This document shows positions 17,091-21,337 of a stretch of 21,337 nucleotides of DNA, one piece after another. The DNA is from Candidatus Hodarchaeota archaeon (lineage in GTDB: Archaea > Asgardarchaeota > Lokiarchaeia > Sigyniarchaeales > SOKP01): the NCBI GenBank assembly GCA_048887225.1, contig JBHLJY010000031.1, positions 1 to 21,337 on the forward strand, given 5' to 3'. The notes under the pieces were generated by a model. The model was not told where the DNA came from. It did no database searches and worked only from the letters and a program-made list of their open reading frames with translations. The translations under genes and the position numbers were made by a program. The stretch's first letter is position 1. Every line of letters starts with the position of its first letter.

Positions 17091-17233
17091 TAGAATTATC
17101 TCAGATCGAATAGCTTTATTTTCCATAAGTCCTTCTTTTTTCTATAATCAATAAAAATTAATTAAGTTCAAAAATTTTTTATCCTGGAATTATTTTCTAG
17201 AATTACTCTAAAAAAATAATACGAAATGAAATA

Positions 17234-18340
17234 ATGACTGAAGATCCTACTCATACACCATGGACTATTAAAACGTTCTATCTAATAGAGTTGTTTCTAA
17301 TCATTGCTGGATTAGCAATTAGAATTTTTATGATAATCTTTTATTACTATGTAAATTTGAATCCTAATATTCAATGGGGAGGATGGGGCGATGTATATTT
17401 AAATTATTATGATGTTGATACAATATTTACCGGTGAATGGGATTGGGGTGGTTCTGAGTTAATATATCCACCTTTATCAATATATTTTTTATTGTTCCTA
17501 AGAGTCGCTTCTTTTGGTAGTTTGGAAATCTTTGCTTTTTATGCCTTTCTCTTAGAGTTTATAGTAGCCACATCTTTCTATTTTGTTTTGAAAAAATTCG
17601 ATGTCCCCAAGAAAAATCTTATTTTTGGTCTATTTCTGCTAAATCCTTTTTACTTTCTAAGTTATGTTTTTAGTGCATCTAATTGTGGCTACCACATAAC
17701 AGACAGTTTTTTCTGCCTTTTTTTAATTATTGCTCTTTATTTTTATCCAAATGAGGATAAATCCTTGTTTTATTTATTTTTAGGATTAGCTATGTGTGCG
17801 AAATGGTTTACAATACCTGCAGCTCCGCTATTTTTTTTTAAATTCTTTTTTGAAAAAGATTGGGAGGAAATTAAAAAGGTAATCATTTATATTGGCACTC
17901 CAATTATTATTTTCCTTATAGGGCCAATCTTTTATTTACCTAATTATTTAGATATCTATAACTCTTGGATTTCTAGTTCACAAGGTGCTGGAGGTCAAGG
18001 GATTCCATTAGCACTTCCAATATTTATTATAATAATTCCATTTATTGTATTGTTTGTGGGATTCTTTTTATTAAGATTAAAAAAAGCTGACCTCTTGGAA
18101 ATAACTTTTTTTTCAATAATAATAATGTTTTCAATTATAATGTGGACAAGATTGTATATCAGATTTTTAACACCCTTAATATTTTATGGTCATTTAAAAA
18201 CAAAAGAAAATATCTTTACTCTCGATATTGATTTTAAAGTCATGAGAGCTCATTTTAGAGTGGGAAACAATTTGCTCACATTTGCCCTTTCGGTATTGGG
18301 ATGTATTGTTGCAATTGCGATAATAATTTTTATAATCTAA
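17234..18340 (+). CDS. polytopic membrane protein, probable GT-C fold glycosyltransferase (GT87/PIG-M-like)
   Basis: About 9-10 hydrophobic segments; first loop GDVYLNY...G...YPP; FLLNP; ITDS; GLAMCAKWF..P. These match the GT87-like D..Y/YPP/LNP/GLA..K..P pattern. Confidence 0.65.
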   Translation: MTEDPTHTPWTIKTFYLIELFLIIAGLAIRIFMIIFYYYVNLNPNIQWGGWGDVYLNYYDVDTIFTGEWDWGGSELIYPPLSIYFLLFLRVASFGSLEIFAFYAFLLEFIVATSFYFVLKKFDVPKKNLIFGLFLLNPFYFLSYVFSASNCGYHITDSFFCLFLIIALYFYPNEDKSLFYLFLGLAMCAKWFTIPAAPLFFFKFFFEKDWEEIKKVIIYIGTPIIIFLIGPIFYLPNYLDIYNSWISSSQGAGGQGIPLALPIFIIIIPFIVLFVGFFLLRLKKADLLEITFFSIIIMFSIIMWTRLYIRFLTPLIFYGHLKTKENIFTLDIDFKVMRAHFRVGNNLLTFALSVLGCIVAIAIIIFII

Positions 18341-18358
18341 TTATCGTGATGATAATAT

Positions 18359-18820
18359 ATGAGTAATGAAAATATATCTCGAATCTCAAAAGACAATTAT
18401 TTTATGAAAATTGCTGAAGTTGTATCTCAACGTTCAACTTGTATTAAACGTAAAATTGGTGCTATCTTGGTTAAGGATTCACATATTATATCTACTGGAT
18501 ATAATGGTGCACCTTCAGGATTCAGTCACTGTACAGCAGAAATTTGTGTAAGAAGCGGTTTAAAATCTGGGGAAAGACCTGAATTATGTAGGGGCGTCCA
18601 CGCAGAAATCAATTGTATCATTCAGGCGGCCATTCATGGTACCTCGATAAAAGGAGATACAACTCTCTATAGCACTACGTTTCCCTGCATGAGTTGTTTG
18701 AAATTAATTATTAATGCTGGTATCAAGAAATTGGTATATTTAGAAGGATATAATATGGAAAACATAGTAAAAGAAGATTTATTGAATGAATCAAATTTAA
18801 TTGTCCAACAATTTAAATGA
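18359..18820 (+). CDS. dCMP deaminase family protein (ComEB-like, Zn-dependent)
   Basis: YFMKIAEVVSQRSTC, ISTGYNGAP, HAEINCI and PCMSC. Confidence 0.93.
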   Translation: MSNENISRISKDNYFMKIAEVVSQRSTCIKRKIGAILVKDSHIISTGYNGAPSGFSHCTAEICVRSGLKSGERPELCRGVHAEINCIIQAAIHGTSIKGDTTLYSTTFPCMSCLKLIINAGIKKLVYLEGYNMENIVKEDLLNESNLIVQQFK

Positions 18821-18885
18821 AAAATAAAAAAATCTATTAACTTTGGTAAATTTTTCTTAAATTAGAAAAAGAATAAGAAGTTCTA

Positions 18886-20337
18886 TTGTTGGTTATCTTG
18901 ACACTGGGAAAAAATGATCTTATTGTAATGAAATTTGGCGGCTCATGTTTACAAGATGCAGAATCATTTAGAAAGACAATCGAGATTATAAAAAGGTATA
19001 AAGATGAATCTAAAGCTAATCTAATTATTGTTACTTCTGCTATAAAAGGTATAACTGATAAACTTATTGATTTTTATATAAAATCCTGTGAAGAGGCACC
19101 CGAATGCGATTTTATTATCGAAACGATTTATAATATTCATAAAAGAGTTATAGATGAGATTATTAATGATAATAAACCTGAATATAATGATACATTAGAT
19201 TTCCTGGATGAAAATATTGAAGACCTTAGCCAATTAGGGAGAATTGTACGGCTGTTGAGACCTAGTATAGATATACAAGATATTATTGTATCCTATGGAG
19301 AAAGAATTAGTACATTTATTTTCTCTCAATGTGTAAATTCAATCGATAATGGATTAAATTCACAATATATATCATCAGATGATATTATCATTACAGATAA
19401 TAATTTTGGAAGTGCGTTGCCATTATTAGATGAATGTGAGGTACTAATTACAGATAAAGTCAAACCATTGTTATTATCGGAAAAAATTGATATTGTCTGT
19501 ATTACTGGATATTATGGTTCGACAAAAGATAAAAAAATTACAACTCTAGGTCGAGGAGGTACAGATTTAACTGCAGCAATAGTAGCATATTGTATGGAAC
19601 CATATTTTAACAGTAGAGTCATTTATTGGAAAGATGTTAAAGGATTTTTAAATGCTGATCCTAAAATTTCAAATAAAACAAATCTATTGAGGCAAATCTC
19701 TTATATTGAAGCAAAGGAGTTAGCCTTTTTTGGCTCAAAAGTACTACATCCAGTATGTCTTGATGTTAATGAAAAAAGAGATATTCCATCAGAAATTAGA
19801 GATTTTAATGATCCAGAAGCAAACGAGTTTACGACTATTACTAAAGAAATTGTTAAGAACGAGAAAAAAATTAAAGCTATAACCTCAATCGAAAGACTGA
19901 CAATGGTAACAATTGAAAGTGGGACTATGATATCTTTACATGGTACTGTATCAAAATTATTTTCTCTTCTTGGTGATAATAATATCAATATTAAGTTCAT
20001 ATCGCAAAGTTCTTCGGAAAATAATATCACATTTGGAATTGATTTAGAAGATTCAATGAAAGTAAGCTTTTTATTAAGAAATTCTGAATTTTTTGGTAAA
20101 CAGTGGTTTTCCATAAAAATTGACAATGATATTTCTTTAATTGCTGTAATTGGTGCGGGAATGCTTCATACGCCAGGTATTGCTGGAAAAGTTTTTACAA
20201 CAATGGGAAATAATAATATAAATGTTAGAGCAATTTCTCAAGGATCATCGGAGTTGAATATAACTTTCATAATTGAAAGTAAAGATTGTAAAAAAGCTGT
20301 AAATGTTTTATACAATGCTTTCATCAACCAAAATTAG
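18886..20337 (+). CDS. lysC: aspartate kinase with two C-terminal ACT domains
   Basis: VMKFGGS; VTSAIKGITD; SYGERIS; TTLGRGGTD; WKDVKG..ADP; EAKELAFFGSKVLHP; ACT repeats ISQSSSE and ISQGSSE. The start is uncertain (TTG 18886, 18889 or 18898). Confidence 0.93.
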   Translation: MLVILTLGKNDLIVMKFGGSCLQDAESFRKTIEIIKRYKDESKANLIIVTSAIKGITDKLIDFYIKSCEEAPECDFIIETIYNIHKRVIDEIINDNKPEYNDTLDFLDENIEDLSQLGRIVRLLRPSIDIQDIIVSYGERISTFIFSQCVNSIDNGLNSQYISSDDIIITDNNFGSALPLLDECEVLITDKVKPLLLSEKIDIVCITGYYGSTKDKKITTLGRGGTDLTAAIVAYCMEPYFNSRVIYWKDVKGFLNADPKISNKTNLLRQISYIEAKELAFFGSKVLHPVCLDVNEKRDIPSEIRDFNDPEANEFTTITKEIVKNEKKIKAITSIERLTMVTIESGTMISLHGTVSKLFSLLGDNNINIKFISQSSSENNITFGIDLEDSMKVSFLLRNSEFFGKQWFSIKIDNDISLIAVIGAGMLHTPGIAGKVFTTMGNNNINVRAISQGSSELNITFIIESKDCKKAVNVLYNAFINQN

Positions 20338-20371
20338 AATTAACAAAATTAATTTTTATAACAAAAAAATA

Positions 20372-21337
20372 TTAGAAAAAGTTTCTAAAAACATCGTCAG
20401 CTATTTTTTCTCTTATTTTTTCTCTTTCTTCAGACGGAACTTTATACTTTAAAGCTTTATTGCAGATTTTTTTTCCAATAATAACTTTAGGATTATTAGC
20501 CCAATTTACGTCTAATAATAAACAAAGATAATAAATAGTAGATTGGATAAAAGCAATTAAATATCCAATATTGTTCTCGTTTGGAGTCTCTATTGTAACC
20601 TTAACAGAGGGTACGCTTTGTTCAATTAAAGCTTGAAATGTAGCATCCGCCTGATAATTTACAATTGTTTGAGCTGTTTGACCATTAACATAATCTATAG
20701 ACGATTCTAACATTAAATCTTGATTCTCGTTGTTGATAGTCCATAGAATCGGAATTACTGCCCCCTTAGTGCCTCCTAATAAATATTCTAAAACGGAATG
20801 TTGGCATAGCGGAGCTGATTGATAGGCGCCCATTAATCCTTTTCCATCTTTTCCAGTACTTTCAGATATTTCTTGGACAAATAATCCGACACTTCCCTCA
20901 ATATTTTCTGAATATGGCATAGAAAACGCGAGTTTATATCCTTTATTGTATAAATTAAAAAGAAAAGCTGAGAATTTTAGTGCATCGTTATCTTCAGAAT
21001 TAATGAATATCCGATATCCATCATCTAAACCTTTTAAAAAATTATTTATATCAATTCCCGAGATAAAAGCAGGAACAATGCCAACATTGGAAATAGATCC
21101 CGCAAAACGTCCAGCGAGATCTGGTACCTCTAAAATAGGGCAATTAATTTCTTTTAATATTTCATTCATAGTTCCCGCTGAAGAAAGTCCAATAAATTCA
21201 TAACTTCTCTTAAGGAAAGTTCCTATTACAGAATTTATATCTAATGTTTCTCCCCCTCTAGATATCGGAATCACAATAGAATCTTCTGGATTTGTTTCGT
21301 TTAAACATCTATTTAGCTCAATCGCTCTTGAACTCGT
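20372..21337 (-). CDS. glucose-6-phosphate isomerase family (SIS-domain) protein, 5'-truncated by the window edge
   Basis: The frame stays open from 21274 to 21337 (TSSRAIELNRCLNETNPEDSIVIPISRGGET). PGI-like motifs ISRGGET, GRF, QEISESTGKDGKG, QHS and P.V..GK are present. Confidence 0.8.
   Translation of the reverse strand, partial: TSSRAIELNRCLNETNPEDSIVIPISRGGETLDINSVIGTFLKRSYEFIGLSSAGTMNEILKEINCPILEVPDLAGRFAGSISNVGIVPAFISGIDINNFLKGLDDGYRIFINSEDNDALKFSAFLFNLYNKGYKLAFSMPYSENIEGSVGLFVQEISESTGKDGKGLMGAYQSAPLCQHSVLEYLLGGTKGAVIPILWTINNENQDLMLESSIDYVNGQTAQTIVNYQADATFQALIEQSVPSVKVTIETPNENNIGYLIAFIQSTIYYLCLLLDVNWANNPKVIIGKKICNKALKYKVPSEEREKIREKIADDVFRNFF

Noticed and set aside
20946-21203. 85-aa plus-strand ORF
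   Set aside because: Antisense shadow of the PGI-like gene.

Overview
AT-rich, gene-dense archaeal chromosomal region. Several features point to an Asgard archaeon, probably Lokiarchaeia; this is an inference, not a database result. They are GGTGA Shine-Dalgarno motifs, BRE/TATA-like promoters, oligo-T terminators, DUF1512, an archaeal/eukaryotic-type TyrRS, a Vps29-like protein and a 23-repeat LRR protein. There are 17 CDSs. In order: DUF1512; an orphan; a co-oriented cluster of tungsten-type aldehyde:ferredoxin oxidoreductase, acyl-CoA ligase, SCP2 lipid carrier, HAD-IIA phosphatase and Fe-alcohol dehydrogenase; PPDK; TyrRS followed by the Vps29-like phosphoesterase; a class V aminotransferase; a second SCP2-like protein (minus strand); the LRR protein; a GT-C membrane glycosyltransferase; dCMP deaminase; aspartate kinase; and a divergent glucose-6-phosphate isomerase cut by the window end. 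No rRNA, tRNA, CRISPR array or mobile element was seen. The best candidates for something new are (i) a putative long-chain alcohol/lipid salvage module, (ii) DUF1512 as a membrane-anchored, circularly permuted GPR/YyaC/HybD-type Asp peptidase, (iii) a strongly Vps29-like gene coupled to an HIAQ-type TyrRS, and (iv) an isolated GC-rich intergenic hairpin.
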